DNA of 63,689 bases, filler included, from Guillardia theta CCMP2712 (GCF_000315625.1; 5 parts of 5 records of this genome joined end to end with filler, not necessarily neighbours in it); one strand, 5' to 3'; shown: positions 12,317 through 25,541, numbered from the whole stretch's first letter. Made by a program: numbers and translations. Notes: generated from the sequence alone by a model not told the origin.

Positions 12317-13609
12317 CTAGCTGTACAACCGCCCCGTGTAGTGATATGAGTCCACCGAGAAGTAGATGAAGCCCAGCACTATCCCTCCCCCAAACATCCC
12401 CGGCACGGCAAACATCGACTTCAGTGACAGCAGCGCGACCCCCGATAGCCCATGCCCGCTCGTGCACCCCGACGCAAGCCGGCTCCCGAAGATGGCGCAG
12501 AAGCCTCCTATGAACGCCTCTCCCGGCGTCACGCCCTGGAACTTCCCGTACGTCCCTGCTGCGTTGGCTGCGATTGCGGCTCCTCCGATGGCGGATACAA
12601 GATACACGGCCTGCCACCAGTTGATGATCCCGGTCCTGTATCCGTTCAGGTGCTTCATTACATCCTGGCAGTTCTTGCAGATAGCAAGAGGCTGGGAGGT
12701 ATATGTCATGTACGCCGAGCTGCTCCCCAGGGTGGTATTGATCAGCAGGATAGCTGGGATCTGTAGGAAGCCGATGATCGCCCCCATAAGCTCTGGGGGG
12801 AGCGCCGTCTTCCAAGGCGTCGTCCCTACCGGCACCTCCTTCTCCCATGGAAATAACACTTCGATGATGACGATGAAGATGGTCATGCAGACCGCCAGAG
12901 CAAGCGCAAGCCCCCAGAAAGGCACCTTCTTCAGAGGCCCGTAGTCCTCGATCTTCGGTGACTTCATCTTCCCTGCCTTGAGGTACGGCTCGATCTTGGG
13001 CTGCACCACCCCATACAAGGCCGCGCCCGACAGGCCCCCGATGAGCGTCAGCCACGAGTAAGGGATGCCTGCTCCGACTTGTACCAGCACCATCCCTGGG
13101 CATGACCCTGACAGACACATGCCGCATCCTAGGATGAAAGCTCCCAGAATGATCGGTATCAGCCCCTTGCACTGCAGTGTGCTCATGAACTCCTCGCGCG
13201 CCCTCTCAAAGTGCAAGGGGAAGATCAGCGACGCTCCCGCGATGCAGTATGCCGACCCCGCCGACGCTCCCAAGAACATCTTCAGCATGATCTCCCGCCT
13301 GAAGATAAACTGCTCCCTGATCACCAGCGGTAGCGTCACCTTCCCCAGATCCATCGCCGACCCGAAAACAAGGCCCATGAACATGGCTGCAAGGATGCCC
13401 TTGACCCATCGCGTCCTCCCTTCCCATGATTGGCTCTCGCTGTTGTTACCCGCTGCGAGCTCCTCTACGGCTACCTTGTACTGGCTGGGAAGCTTGGGGG
13501 AGCTGGTGCCATCCAATCCTTCGTTCTTCATGTCGGTGAAGTCGTCGACGGGAGTTGTGGTGTAGACGACATGGGGCTCTACCTTGACGGAGATAGCGGC
13601 TTCCGGCAT
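12317..13609 (-). CDS. YeeE/YedE-family transporter, copy 3, 430 aa
   Basis: Full-length paralog with GSCPG and SGCTSGHG motifs. Confidence 0.85.
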   Translation of the reverse strand: MPEAAISVKVEPHVVYTTTPVDDFTDMKNEGLDGTSSPKLPSQYKVAVEELAAGNNSESQSWEGRTRWVKGILAAMFMGLVFGSAMDLGKVTLPLVIREQFIFRREIMLKMFLGASAGSAYCIAGASLIFPLHFERAREEFMSTLQCKGLIPIILGAFILGCGMCLSGSCPGMVLVQVGAGIPYSWLTLIGGLSGAALYGVVQPKIEPYLKAGKMKSPKIEDYGPLKKVPFWGLALALAVCMTIFIVIIEVLFPWEKEVPVGTTPWKTALPPELMGAIIGFLQIPAILLINTTLGSSSAYMTYTSQPLAICKNCQDVMKHLNGYRTGIINWWQAVYLVSAIGGAAIAANAAGTYGKFQGVTPGEAFIGGFCAIFGSRLASGCTSGHGLSGVALLSLKSMFAVPGMFGGGIVLGFIYFSVDSYHYTGRLYS

Positions 13610-15569
13610 CGTGCAGCTCTGAGGGCGCTACTCTGATGAGTACGTCGCTTGGGAGGGCAGGGGGAGGAAGGAAGGAGATCTCGAGGGAGACGAGCAAGCG
13701 GAGTTTGTTTCAACTTTGTTGGATGTGAAGGGTTCTCGAGAGTCAGACTAGAAGTGCAATCGTAAGGGCAGGAGCTCAGTCAGGAATGTCCAAGAGAGAT
13801 GGGGTAGAGCAACGGAGGGTCGGAGGATGAGAGCGATAGAACCAAGCTCAGGGCAGGGGGCGGGGGACAGTCGTGGGGAAGCAGGGGAGCAAGGAGGCAC
13901 CGTGGAACTTGAATCACCCCACCTCTTCATTTTCTTCACCCTACCTTTCTCTCATTGATACTTCGCAGAGTGTATGTACCCCCTACCCACCTATTTACTG
14001 CTTTATTCCTCTCTCAGCACCTGGTACTTCGACTCAATGTCAGAGCTCTGTCGACCCTCACCCCTGTTGTCTCTGTACCCCACCCCCTCACATCCATCTT
14101 CCCAATCTCCGCTCCACGGACGATGTGGTAAAGTTCGCCAATGATGACTTAGGATTTTTGCATGTGTGCGCGCATGCATAATCAGGGGTGAGCTGACTGG
14201 TGGCCTGTTGGGGTCATTTGATAGGTAGGTGCTCATTTGAACTAGCGTTTATTTTCGGGCGACTCCGTGACTACGTGGTAGGAAGGTAGAATCGTTATAT
14301 ATATTTATAATCTTCGAGATAAACCCAATACGGTACCTGCGGAGGAGGGTGGGGGTAGCAAGGATATCCATTGTCCTGCAAAAATGGCATTGTAGTTGTG
14401 GGGGGGCTGGGGGAGGAGAGGGGAGGGGTGGGTGGGTGGGTGGGGGTTCCTGACGGGGGTAGTCTGTGGGGTGAAGGTCCCCCCCGAGATCCAGTCAGCA
14501 GTTGGTCATGTACCACCGTAGATCTCCATGACTGTTAAAAAAACAAAAACATTTCAGATACTCTATCAAACTTTGAAGCTGAAGGATCAATTTTAATGGG
14601 AGAATTTCCTATTATTGATAACGAAATCGAGGACACCTCAAAACCGTAATGATCAATCTTAATGGTTTTGGTCAAAAATTCAATATTTGGAGTTACATTT
14701 CACTACTTTAACATTTCGCTCTGCAAGCGCGAAACGACGGGGCTGAAAATGACCGCAAGGGTACATATCTTACGGTTTCATCTAGATGCCTCAAATTTGA
14801 AACATACAGATTCTCAATTTCAAATGTACTCATGTTTGTCACGTGACCATGTGACCCGGGTGTTCGGATCTGCGTGACTGGCCATGACAAGCTCGAAGGA
14901 TCTTTCAAACATTGTATGCCCCTGCCTGGGGTGGTCGCTGATTTACGTATGTCTCTCTATCCCAGGTGGTACCATGGAGGGTGGTGTAATAGCTCCATGG
15001 AGGGTGGTGTGATCATGAAGGGGGTCGGGTAGTCAGATCTTGATTACAGTTACCCTGCAGGGTGAAGGGGTAGGGGTTATCCTACCGGTGGTGGTAGCAG
15101 AGAAGATATGGTGGTAGTGGTCGGGTAACCTCTTCAACACGATGATCCCTTTCTGAGATGGGGGTAGTCTTGTTTTCAGGGGTGGTAGTAAGATTGAGTG
15201 AGGATGGGTGGGTAGTAGCAATATATGATAGTCGGGGAGTCCCTTGGTTGTAGGGCGCCTGTGAGGAGACGCTGTCGTCATATCCCTCCTATCTCCTTGT
15301 ACTTCCTACCCTATCTCCTCCTCCTCTGGGAACTATCCTTCTCGCCTCGCCAATCTTGCGTTCTGATCCTCTCTGCTCCGTGTTTTCATCTAGACTCCTT
15401 CTGTGAACAAAGAGGGCTGCGAAGTCCGAGCACGACCAGGCTTGTTCGAGCATCACAAACACCGTGAAGAAGCAAACTAGTTGCGTGATTGTGCATTTAG
15501 GTGTCATATTGCTCAGCTAAAGACANNNNNNNNNNNNNNNNNNNNNNNNNNNNNNNNNNNNNNNNNNNN

Positions 15570-15581
15570 TTAATTAATTAA
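15570..15581. other. Artificial contig linker TTAATTAATTAA within N runs (also at 26327-26338, 41505-41516, 60493-60504)
   Basis: Identical all-frame-stop 12-mer flanked by about 44 N on each side, four times. Confidence 0.95.
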
Positions 15582-15625
15582 NNNNNNNNNNNNNNNNNNN
15601 NNNNNNNNNNNNNNNNNNNNNNNNN

Positions 15626-15674
15626 TAGCTGAGGTGCTGGACAAGGCCAAGAACCAGCACTACCAGGTGACCTA

Positions 15675-15757
<83 letters not shown>

Positions 15758-15763
15758 CTTGCT

Positions 15764-15859
<96 letters not shown>

Positions 15860-16361
15860 CCTGCTCCTCCTGCTGCCCCTCCTCGTTGACCTCCTCGATC
15901 TCCCCGTCCTCCTCTTCCTCGATCTCCTCCTCCTTCACTTCCTCCTCGTTCTCGTCCTCTTCTCCCTCTATACATCACCTCCTTCCTTAAGCTTCTCCCT
16001 TCCTCCCCCCCCTCCCCCGCTAGCTCTACCTGTCTTCTTCCCCTCCTCTGCTTCTCCTGACTTGTCTTGGCTCAGATTGCCTGCCTGCAAGTCTACGAGG
16101 CTCTTCATCCTGGCGGCACCGTAGACTCGCTCAATCATCCCAACCAGTACTTCCTCGACAGCGTCAGGTACGTCCACCCTCCTGCCTCCTCTGCTACTCC
16201 TCTCTGTTCCCCCTCTCCCTCCGTCCATCCTCGCCATCAGCTTCAACATGGCCTGACCTCATGGCAGGTACCACGAAGCCAAGGAACAAGACCAGCAGCA
16301 GGCGTCCAACGTGAAGCAGGAGGAGGCGACTGCTGCGTCCACGGCCGTACAGGCGTCATAA
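15626..16361 (+). CDS. PRIM2: DNA primase large subunit, last three exons (15626-15666, 16076-16167, 16268-16361); 5' part lost in gap
   Basis: Spliced peptide EVLDKAKNQHYQ|IACLQVYEALH...LNHPNQYFLDSVR matches the conserved HYQxAC...H...NHPNQ C-terminus; GT-AG introns keep frame. Confidence 0.8.
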
Positions 16362-16775
16362 CTACAAGTGTAAACTCTCTCTACCTTCACGCAGCCTTGC
16401 CTGCCCTCATCCCCCCTCATCCCCGCATGCTGCTATCGTCGCCAATGTGCCACCATCCTCGGTTCCGCTTCTTGTTCCTCCCAGGTCGTCCGATACTGTA
16501 AGTGTTTAATGCTCGACGAATACATTACAAATTAAGCTTCAGCCCTTTCCGCTGACCTCAGGCAGCCGCCAGCAGCTCAGGCGCTGGCGAGGAGGAGCGG
16601 AGGACGAGGGAGGGAGAGGAGGGGAAGGAGGGGCAGAGAGAGGGAGAGACGAGCAGAGGAGACCCAGCGCGGATCCCTCGAGGAGGAGGCGGCAAGTCGA
16701 CTGCCTATCGACCCACAGCGAGAATGTTATGAGCCTCGACTTCATCGGTTCTCAGCTGATCCCCAGCCGTCGCCA

Positions 16776-18095
16776 TCAGCCGTTGCCTGACGAGCCCTTG
16801 GGCGGAGGAAACGCGTTCGGCCCAGTCGCCTACGAGCCGTGAGATGTGGCGGGACAGCAGGCAGAAAAGGAGGACAGGGAGGAGAGAATGTGCAAGGGGG
16901 CAAGAGCGTTGGACGAAGGAAAAAACCTTGGCAGCGTTGGCAGATGAAGCAGGAGATTTCGAGTCAGGCCACGTCAAGTTCCCTGTGGGACAAGCATAGT
17001 GAGCGGAGAAGTAAGTGAGGTTAGGGGTTTGACCTAAAGGTGATATCGGGGTTGAGAACAGGGTCGATTGAGGCGTTGTTAGGAAGGTATCGGCAAGGAT
17101 TGCGTGACTCGAACTGTTCGAGGTTAGTTGTCGGGAACATCAAGCATAGGAAATGACTCACGATGGATCAAGAGGTACCATGGAGGACGGCGACTGACCT
17201 TCTGCGTTCCCTGATCTGTTCAAGGGGTCAGGAATGGCTGGACAGACATGGATATCCAACTTACAAGACTGCTACGAGACCGGGAGAACCGTCAGACATC
17301 AACTGCATCGAAGAAGACTGCATGTTGGAAGACGACTGAGGAAGTCATTGTCAGGTTCAATTCTTACAAGGCCAAGTCTCCATGCGGTACCTGGATCCCA
17401 GGATGCAAACCCTGCTCAGGTATGTCTAGTTTCGGCGCTTTCTTTGGCGGTGCACTTTGACTAGCTGCTGCTGGCCGCTTTCCGCTTTTGCCTCCCGCGT
17501 TTGTTGACTGAGACACTCTCTCCATTTCCGCGTCGTTCATCGATTGACCCATCTGCCCCGAGCTTCCTTGCGAGTTGTTCACAGAAGCAGCGCCAGGGGG
17601 TAGCACGAGCGCTTGTGTGGCGTGATCCATGCTGCTGGAATTGGACGGGCTCGCTGCTAGACATTGCGTTATCAACAAATCATTGGTATTCATATCCAGA
17701 GCTTGATTCCCCGGCATGATGTAAGCGCTCTGTTCAAGCCCGGAGACTCCCTTAATGTCGACATCGTATTTATCCTTCTCATCTTTCCCACAAAACTGTC
17801 CGTACTGCATGCAAGTCAGTGCACGAAGTCACCACTGTAGATCACTCACAGAATCGTTTGTGTATTGTTCAAGAGGCTTCTCGTCAATGAACTTTGACAG
17901 AGTCTGATCAATATTGCCGCTTGCGTACTGCGTTAATTTCCCTTGGGAGTTGAAGATGACGAGAGCTATCTCGCAGTCGCACAGGATGCTCAGCTCTATC
18001 GCTTTCTTCACCAGCCCGTTCTTTCGTTTGGCGAACGTCGCGTGTCTACTTCGCTCGTCATTGATTCTCGCGATCTTAATCTTCTTTCTTCCCAT
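16776..18095 (-). CDS. MEF2-type MADS-box transcription factor, multi-exon (3' exons inferred)
   Basis: [48 protein letters not shown] from ATG 18095, followed by S/Q/P-rich exons separated by short GT-AG introns. Confidence 0.85.
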
Positions 18096-20779
18096 GTCTG
18101 CCCCCAACCCCGAAGAAACAGTCTCCCAACGATCGTCCTTGCGGGAGGCCAGTCGCTCAGCGAGCTTGGCCTTAGCGCTCTGAGCGGCTGCGGAGGACGT
18201 TGCTACTAATGGATGGCGCAATCAGCGCCAGAAGGAACAACAGGAGAATGAGCCGAAGCAAGCAGACAGCGAAGACCTGAGGCGGGGTCAGTGAAAAGAA
18301 GCGAGAAGGCGAGGTAAGAAACAAGTTGAAAGGGCAAGTTCCTCTAAGCAAGAGTCACACACCTTGAAGTTTTTGTGGACCAAACTGCAATCCAATGTGA
18401 TCCTCTTCAGAAAGGAGCGAAAGTTACTGAAAGAGAAGTTAAGAAACCTCAAAACCAGGAAGGAAAATTATGGAGAACAGGGGGATGCTATATTTTCAAA
18501 TTAAGCAACAATTGACGGATGGAACAGATGTTTCAATTTGAAAAGTTGCATACACATCAATCAGTTAAAAAAGAATCGCTCTCGAGGGCTATGTTAACGA
18601 ACAAACTTGAGTGATCCAACTTGTAAATATCACTCGCTGTCTTTTAGCTTCGTGCTTTCCCTCAGCCCCATCAGTTCTCAGATTCTCAACAAGGATGTTT
18701 AAATTAATCCTTCAGCAAGGAGTTCTTGATGTCTTCTCATCCTCCGAAGTTTCCTGTCTCCTCCGTGTAAAGCATCCCTTCTCTACTTCAGCTGTACACC
18801 CGACCTCTCCACATGCTCTTGGTTATCATCACCCCTTATACCCTGAGCTATGTTGACTCTATTGATTTCTCTAAACAAAGATTGACTGTTTCTGACGCGA
18901 ATCCTCGAATGAACAAATAGCATGTAACAAGCCTTGCAACCCTTCTAGTTTTGAACTGGACAATTCCACCCACTCTCCCTCTTTCTTCGCCCTGCATCGT
19001 ATCTCATCTCTGTCTCTCTCTGCGATCTCCTTCATTTGCTCCATGATCTTGTTTGTTTCTCTTCCTCCTTCCTCGCAACCATACTCTCTCTCCGCCTCCT
19101 GCCCATCTCCATCCACTACTTTCCCTCCTCGCCATGAGAGGCGCGCGTGGACTCTCCCAGTTTCTCCTAGGGTGCTTGTCTCCCTCGTCGTTCGAAGAGG
19201 ACCTACCTATTACCCATAGTAGTTAAAGATTTCAATACAGTACTATAAATTATCTGATAGTAAATATTAGTCTTTATTTTATCAACATAAATTATCATAC
19301 AAATGTTTTATCATCAAATCACCCACCTCAGACAACGCTGGTTTGAATGTCCAACCACCCCACCCATAAGTCATGAGAGGACCCCACCTCTTCATTTCAT
19401 TTCATGATCCCACCCCTACCCTGGCATGTTTCAGGTTCTAGTTTACAACCCATGCTGGCTCCTCTCTAGTACCCCGTAATCTGTACTGATTTGGGACCCC
19501 TTTGACAGGGTACCCAGGCCTTCTACTGTCATACCCACCCTAACAAACAAACAACCTCTTCCTGAAAATGTGTTCGAGATGAGAGGTGGGGTGATATACC
19601 CCTACCTGCTTTTCTCTGTTATAGTACCCACCTTGGTAGCTCATCGATTCAAACAAAAGTGAAAGGACCCTTCCTCACCATAAAAAGACCCCCCCATGTA
19701 CCCCATACCCACTTGTAACGGACTGGTGTTGTCACACCGGTACTTGTCCAGGGAGAAATACGGGTGTGCAAAAACCGAAAAACGAATTACCCACGGGTGT
19801 TAATTGCCAATCAATAGGGGGGTGGGTTCGGAGTTTAGGGGGGTAGGGTCATAATAGGGTTGAAACATTGAAAAGGGGATACAGGGGTACAATCTTACGA
19901 TGCATGGGGTACTTTTTCACTATCAGATAGTTGATCAATGTGAGGTAGGGTATATGACCCCACCTTACTCATAGCTGAGTCAATTTCGGACAACCCCAAC
20001 AGAAATTGAAGGACCCACCCATTCTTCAAAAATGAGACCCCACCAGCATAGCCCTTAGTACCCAGCCCACCATTCAGATGAATTCAAAATACCCATCAAT
20101 TACACCAAATAGTTGATTCAAAGAGTAGGGTAGGGTATTTTGGGGTGGGGTAGGGGATGGTAGAGTAGGGTACCAAGAAGTGCACCCACTAGGTTGTTCA
20201 TATTTGGCCCTCCCACCCCACCCAGTCATGACCCGCCCGGTCACAAGGCACCACCCTACTCCACACGTTCGAGCCTACACCACCCCTACCCCAACCGGTC
20301 ACTCACCGCCAAGTTGGCTCCGGCGGTCACGCCGGGTCACTCTGAATGGCGCCGGGCAGCCCCGGCACTTCCGAAGTTCCACCTCACCGGGCGGCCCGGC
20401 GCGAGACTGCCCCGGCCGGGCCCGGCCGCGGCGGGCCTGCACGGCGGCGAGATCGGACAAGTAGCCCGGCCCGGCCGCGCGAGACTGCCCGGCCCGGTAC
20501 CGGTGCGGGCCTTGAACCCCGCAACTTCAACTTTTTTGCCAAGTTGGCAACTTTCAACTTCCGGCAGTCAGAGTCACCGGGGGCGAGGCCGCTTAGTAGC
20601 CTCCGAGGCTCAGGCCCGCGGGGGCATCGTGAACCGTACCGTACCGGGCCCGGGGTCGGCGACGGCGTGGCACTGAGTGTCCTTCCCCCGTGACCGGCCG
20701 GGGGGGAGGGTTTCTCTAGTGGGCACAGCACGCCTCGCGAGGAGACGATTGAAACTTTCAGACTCAGAGAGTAGAAGCT

Positions 20780-21862
20780 ACCGTTGAACGAAAACAGTTC
20801 ATCCTCCTCCTCAGGCTTGCCTGCCGCCTTCCTCAGTCATGCTCCTCCTCCTAGTCCTCCTCCTCCTCCTATTCCTCCTAGTCCTCCTAGTCCTCGTCCT
20901 CCCCTCAGCAGCAGCTGCTTACTCCTCATGTGAACTCGATGAGTTTCTTCTTGGTCGGGGGACGAGTCTTGACCTTGACAGAGAGAAGAGGAGGAAAGTG
21001 GAGAGAAGATTGAACGATGAGGCAACAAGGAGAGGATAGGGGTAGAGGAGGGCTGGGGGGAGAGAAGGAGCAATACCTGTGCGATCCTGGCATCTTTCCC
21101 TCCCCTCGTCCATCGCTCAGCTCCGCCGAGGTGATGGAGGAATCGCTCCCCTCCTGGAAGTTCAGCCATCTCCGTATCCTGCTCACTAGCGCATCCACTT
21201 GGGCCAGGTCTGTGAAGCGCTCCTCCTGGATCACATTGTTGTACTCAGTCCAATGCGCATCCGCCCAGCACACATGGAGGATGTAGGTCTGCTGCTGCTC
21301 CGCCAGCTCGAGCAGGCTTCTCGACTAATCTAGAGACTGCAAGCGAGGGGCCACTAATGACTCGCTGGTAAAGTTTTTCAGCTTGTTGAAAGAGAGAAAC
21401 AAGTAGGCTGGGAAAGTTGCATAAGTCTTCTCTGTCGAGGATTGCTCCATTACATATTAGGTCGAGATCGTTGAAGTGCAAGGTCTCATTGATTACCCCT
21501 GCTGCAATATCCTGGATTTTCAAATGAACCAAATCCAATGATATGCACAAATATGATATTCACAAATATCTACTTTCAAGTGAACCAAATCCAATGATAT
21601 GCACAAATATTTACTCCCAGTCCTTCGCAAGATACCTTCGTCGGAAACCGTGAACGTACATCCAGGTACTGAAGATCGATCTACGGACATCGTGGACAAG
21701 AAGAGAGAAAGGAAAGTAGGCATGAATTCGACAGTTGACTTCCCTGCAGCGCTTCAAATTGACTTCGCGCAAAACTGCCATGCTGTGCGATTTGAATTCC
21801 TTTGCTGCTGGTCTGCTACCAAATCGTGGCAGTCGAGCCAAAATCATTAATTTATAGTTCAA
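20780..21862 (-). CDS. Hypothetical spliced gene; its 3' exons are duplicated near 25.5-26.0 kb
   Basis: Exon-like segments (YNNVIQEERFTDLAQVDALVSRIRRWL; KMPGSHR|GT); paralogous KMPGSYR|GT near 25960. Confidence 0.35.
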
Positions 21863-22053
21863 GCTGCTATTGATTCGGGAAGTTCTTGTCTGACTCTCAT
21901 GGGCTATTGAATGTGTGACTTCAAGCGAAAATAAAAATGGTTTCTAGGCCAGCAACCAAAACTTTTGTTTTGTGGCCCATGAGAGCAGACAAGAACTTCT
22001 CGCACTCTGGTGGCTCTTCTCTTCTTTATCTACAGAAGAAAGCGATCACCTTG

Positions 22054-24343
22054 TCATGTCAGTGATTGCAGATACTGCACCACCTCCCATTGACCCGCAT
22101 AACTCGCCATGAACTGGCATGTCGCGCCGTACACATCCTTTACATAGAACAGCTCGTTCCCGCATGTCTCCGCAAGGTACCGCAGAACCTCCACGTGCCC
22201 ATTCCTGCTCGCCTCATGCGCGCATGTCCAATTTCGCTTCTCCTTCACTTTCAACATACTCACTCCGCATTTCTCCTTTAGATACGTCAGCACCTTCAAG
22301 TGCCCTCCGTTGCTCGCCCAATGCGCGCATGTGCAGCCGTCATTATTCGTCATGTTCAAAATTTCTCTCAGCCTCTCTTCTCCACATTTGCTTTCAACGG
22401 TCTCCAGCACCCTCAGGTGTCCATGTCCACTCGCCCAGTACGCGAATGTCCTGCCAACTTTGTCCCTCAAAGTCAGATCAGCCCCTGCATCCACCAGCTC
22501 TGCCACGCTTGCTTCCTGCCCCAGCATCGCTGCAACGTGCAACGCCGTCCTTCCATCGTCGAGTCTTGCATCCATGTTGCATCCTGCTTTCTTGAGGAGA
22601 CGGATAAGCCCTCCTTGTCCTCGAACAATCGCTGTGATCGCCGGTGGCTCAGCCTGCTCCTCCCTGCTTGTGATGGACAAGCCGTACATCTGACAAAGCA
22701 GCTTGCTCATCTCTTGCGAGTTATCGGCCGATGTATCCTGCCTGTTGATCTTGTCGGACAGTATATTCATCGTCTTCCAGTACACCGACTTCATGGACTC
22801 ATTTGGTTCGCATTTCCAGTCTCCTTGAGTGTCCTCAACCCAGTGCCTGATCTTGTTCATTGCCATCTCTTTGAGGATGTTTGACTGCTCGATTGCTTCC
22901 TTGTATCTCGAGTCATCGTTGTACCACTCCCTGTCTCTCTCTCGACTCACCTCAACCAACTTCCGGCATTCATCTACTATCGATTTCAAGAGCTGTTCAT
23001 GATGTCGATTACGTGAGGTTTCAGGAGCACTTTTCAGCCGCTCCTTGATCCTCGGCACCCACCCTTTCAGATCTCGCTCTACCTCCCTCGCGATGTTCTC
23101 CATCAGCCCCACGTACAGCTGCTTCCTCTTTCCCAGCATGTCCTCGATCGTCGAGCTCATCACATTAGCGTTGATTCTCAGCTCCAACACCTTTACCCTT
23201 TCACCTGCTAGCACTCGATACCGCGGCTTCTTAAGCACCTCCAAGTACGACAGCGGAGGATACAACATCTCCTCCTCCCCCGGATACTGAGACAAGAACG
23301 CCAAGCTCGCCCCCCGGTCGATCGCCCCGCAGCTGATCTCGAACACGATCGGATCTTTCCCCGCACCGGCGTACTGGATCGCCGTTCTGACGTCTGTCGT
23401 CGTGCTCAGCAGCCCGTATTCGACTCCTCCTGACACCCCGAGCTCGTCCTCCTTGAGGAAGCTCTCCGGCAGCCTCAGACCTTTCAGCCCTCTCCACACC
23501 CGACGGTCCTCCATCAGAGACGTGTGACGAGCCAGTTTAACGAGTCCGCTGACAATGCAGTGCAGGGTGGTCGTGTACCTGTTGGCGACCTTGTCGGGCT
23601 CTCGCAAAGCACGGTTGTACTTGACGTACATTGGTCCTGTAGCAAACTAATCATCAGACATTCTCCTCCTCCCTCTTTCCATCTCGCTCTCTCCTACCTG
23701 TGTAGAGCTGCAGCGCGATCAGCTCCTCCTCCAGAAGATTTGCCTTGATCGCCATCGGGTCCTCCTTCAGTTCTTCTATCCCTCGGATGATCCGCTTCCG
23801 ATCGAGATGATGCGTGTTCGTCTCGGATAGTCCATCTTCACCCTTTCCTGGTGACCATCTTCGCCTCCTCTCCGGATCTATCACGTTCCAAAACTCGTCC
23901 TTCGGTGTTGTCGAGATGTCGTAGTTACTCGAAGTAAACCTTTCCTCTGCGTCCTCGCCAATGCAGTGCTCCTCCTTTATCGCCTTCATCAGGTCCATCT
24001 GAGGCAGCCCGATCCGGTCGATCAGCCCCCCATAGAACTCCACGATCTTCCCGTACACAGCTTCGTACGTCTCCCCGCTGTCTGTGACCTCTGCCTCGTT
24101 GAGCGAGTACTTGCTGTTATGTGTGGTCTGACAGCCTCCTAGACCCCCCCCTCGAGCTTCCACTGGCTCCCTCAGCGCCTCCTCGAGCCTCCTCGCTATC
24201 GCCGTCTGCCATAGAGCCGATAGAGCGCTCTCCGTCATCCCCTGTAGCCCCGCAAGAGGACTCGCCGCGCTCCCGCCGGGGATGCACTCAGCCATGACGC
24301 GGAGAAGGTCCATATCGGCAAGTCTGCTGGCCTTGCGAGCGAG
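22054..24343 (-). CDS. R-S-E (ARTC-type) ADP-ribosyltransferase domain + C-terminal ankyrin repeats; intron 23637-23697; 5' end in gap
   Basis: Spliced LYTG|PMYVKYN; catalytic-type motifs VWRG, LSTT and QYPGEEE (E-x-E); ankyrin repeats GRTALHVAAMLG, GCTCAHWASNGGH, NWTCAHEASRNGH. Confidence 0.85.
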
Positions 24344-25541
24344 NNNNNNNNNNNNNNNNNNNNNNNNNNNNNNNNNNNNNNNNNNNNNNNNNNNNNNNNN
24401 NNNNNNNNNNNNNNNNNNNNNNNNNNNNNNNNNNNNNNNNNNNTATCGTCACTCTCCCCCTTGGAGTCCTACAGGCCTCAGCCGTCTCCTTCTCTCCTCC
24501 TCTCCCCGACGAGAAGCTGCAGGCCATTCACGCGCTAGGCATGGGGGTCGAGAACAAGGTGACAGAGCGAGGGAAGGAGAGGGGGAAGAAGGAGCGTCAG
24601 GTTCATTCAGCATGCAGGTCATCTTGCGGTTCTCGCGCTGCTTTTGGCCAAAAGACGTTCCCTACCTTCAGTGTATCCACCCCTGCGTGAGGTGACTCCT
24701 CCTTCTCCTCCTCTCCCTCCTTCTCTCCTTCTTCCTTCTTTCATCTCACCCTCTTCATGTATGAGGCTGGCGTGAAGGAAATCAGAGGGTTTGTTACGCT
24801 TTTCACATGTATTGATCTGCATTGCTTCAAGATCTTCATAACCGAGGCAATGCTATCAATCTTTGATTCAATTGATTTCCAATGCTTCTAACAATCTACA
24901 AGTCAATTGTTTTCGCCGATTCTCCTTTCTCTTCCCCCCTTTCACTTTCCTTACTTATGTCCGTGCCATTCACTATATGCGACGTCATATTCCTCGGCTT
25001 ACATCTCCCACCTCCCCTCCTCTCTCTTTCTGCTTCTCTCTCACCTGTCCTTCATTCCCTCGCTCACACTCTCCTCTTTCCCCCTCCCTCCCAGTCTCTT
25101 TCCATTCCTAGACCCTTGCCAAACTCTCTCTCCCTCTCAACCCTCTGCAGCATCTTCGTCTATCTCTCACTCTCTCACCCGCCCTATCTCCTCTCTTCCC
25201 CTCCCTGTGTACGGACATGGGGCCGGGACCATTTTTTTTTTGCGCTTTTATTGTTATAAGTTGGTGCTGGCAGTAGCGAGTGCGCCTCAGATCATGGAGA
25301 GAGACAATATTGGCCTTCTTGGTAGGATCGACGCGTCTCTGGTACTACGGTACGAGTCCGCCTCGTCACCTCCGCGTCCGGACTCGGACCGTCCCGGGCC
25401 CTTCTTCGGGCCCGACGACGCCGGCACCCGGCCGGCTGCCTGCGGGGTTCTGATCAGAACATAACTGCGGCACCCGGCCGGCTGCCTGCAGGGCCCGGGG
25501 GGTTCAAGGGGCCTTGAAGTTCTCTAGCAGTGGACCGTACG

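Noticed and set aside
15634-16124. Poly-CS, poly-EQ, poly-L and similar low-complexity ORFs throughout the window
   Set aside because: Translations of intronic microsatellites
20681-20720. Helitron 3' end (GC hairpin + CTAG|T)
   Set aside because: The CTAG appears to be part of the duplicated segment (followed by C at 25528); no 5' TC end or RepHel seen; hairpins are common in these islands
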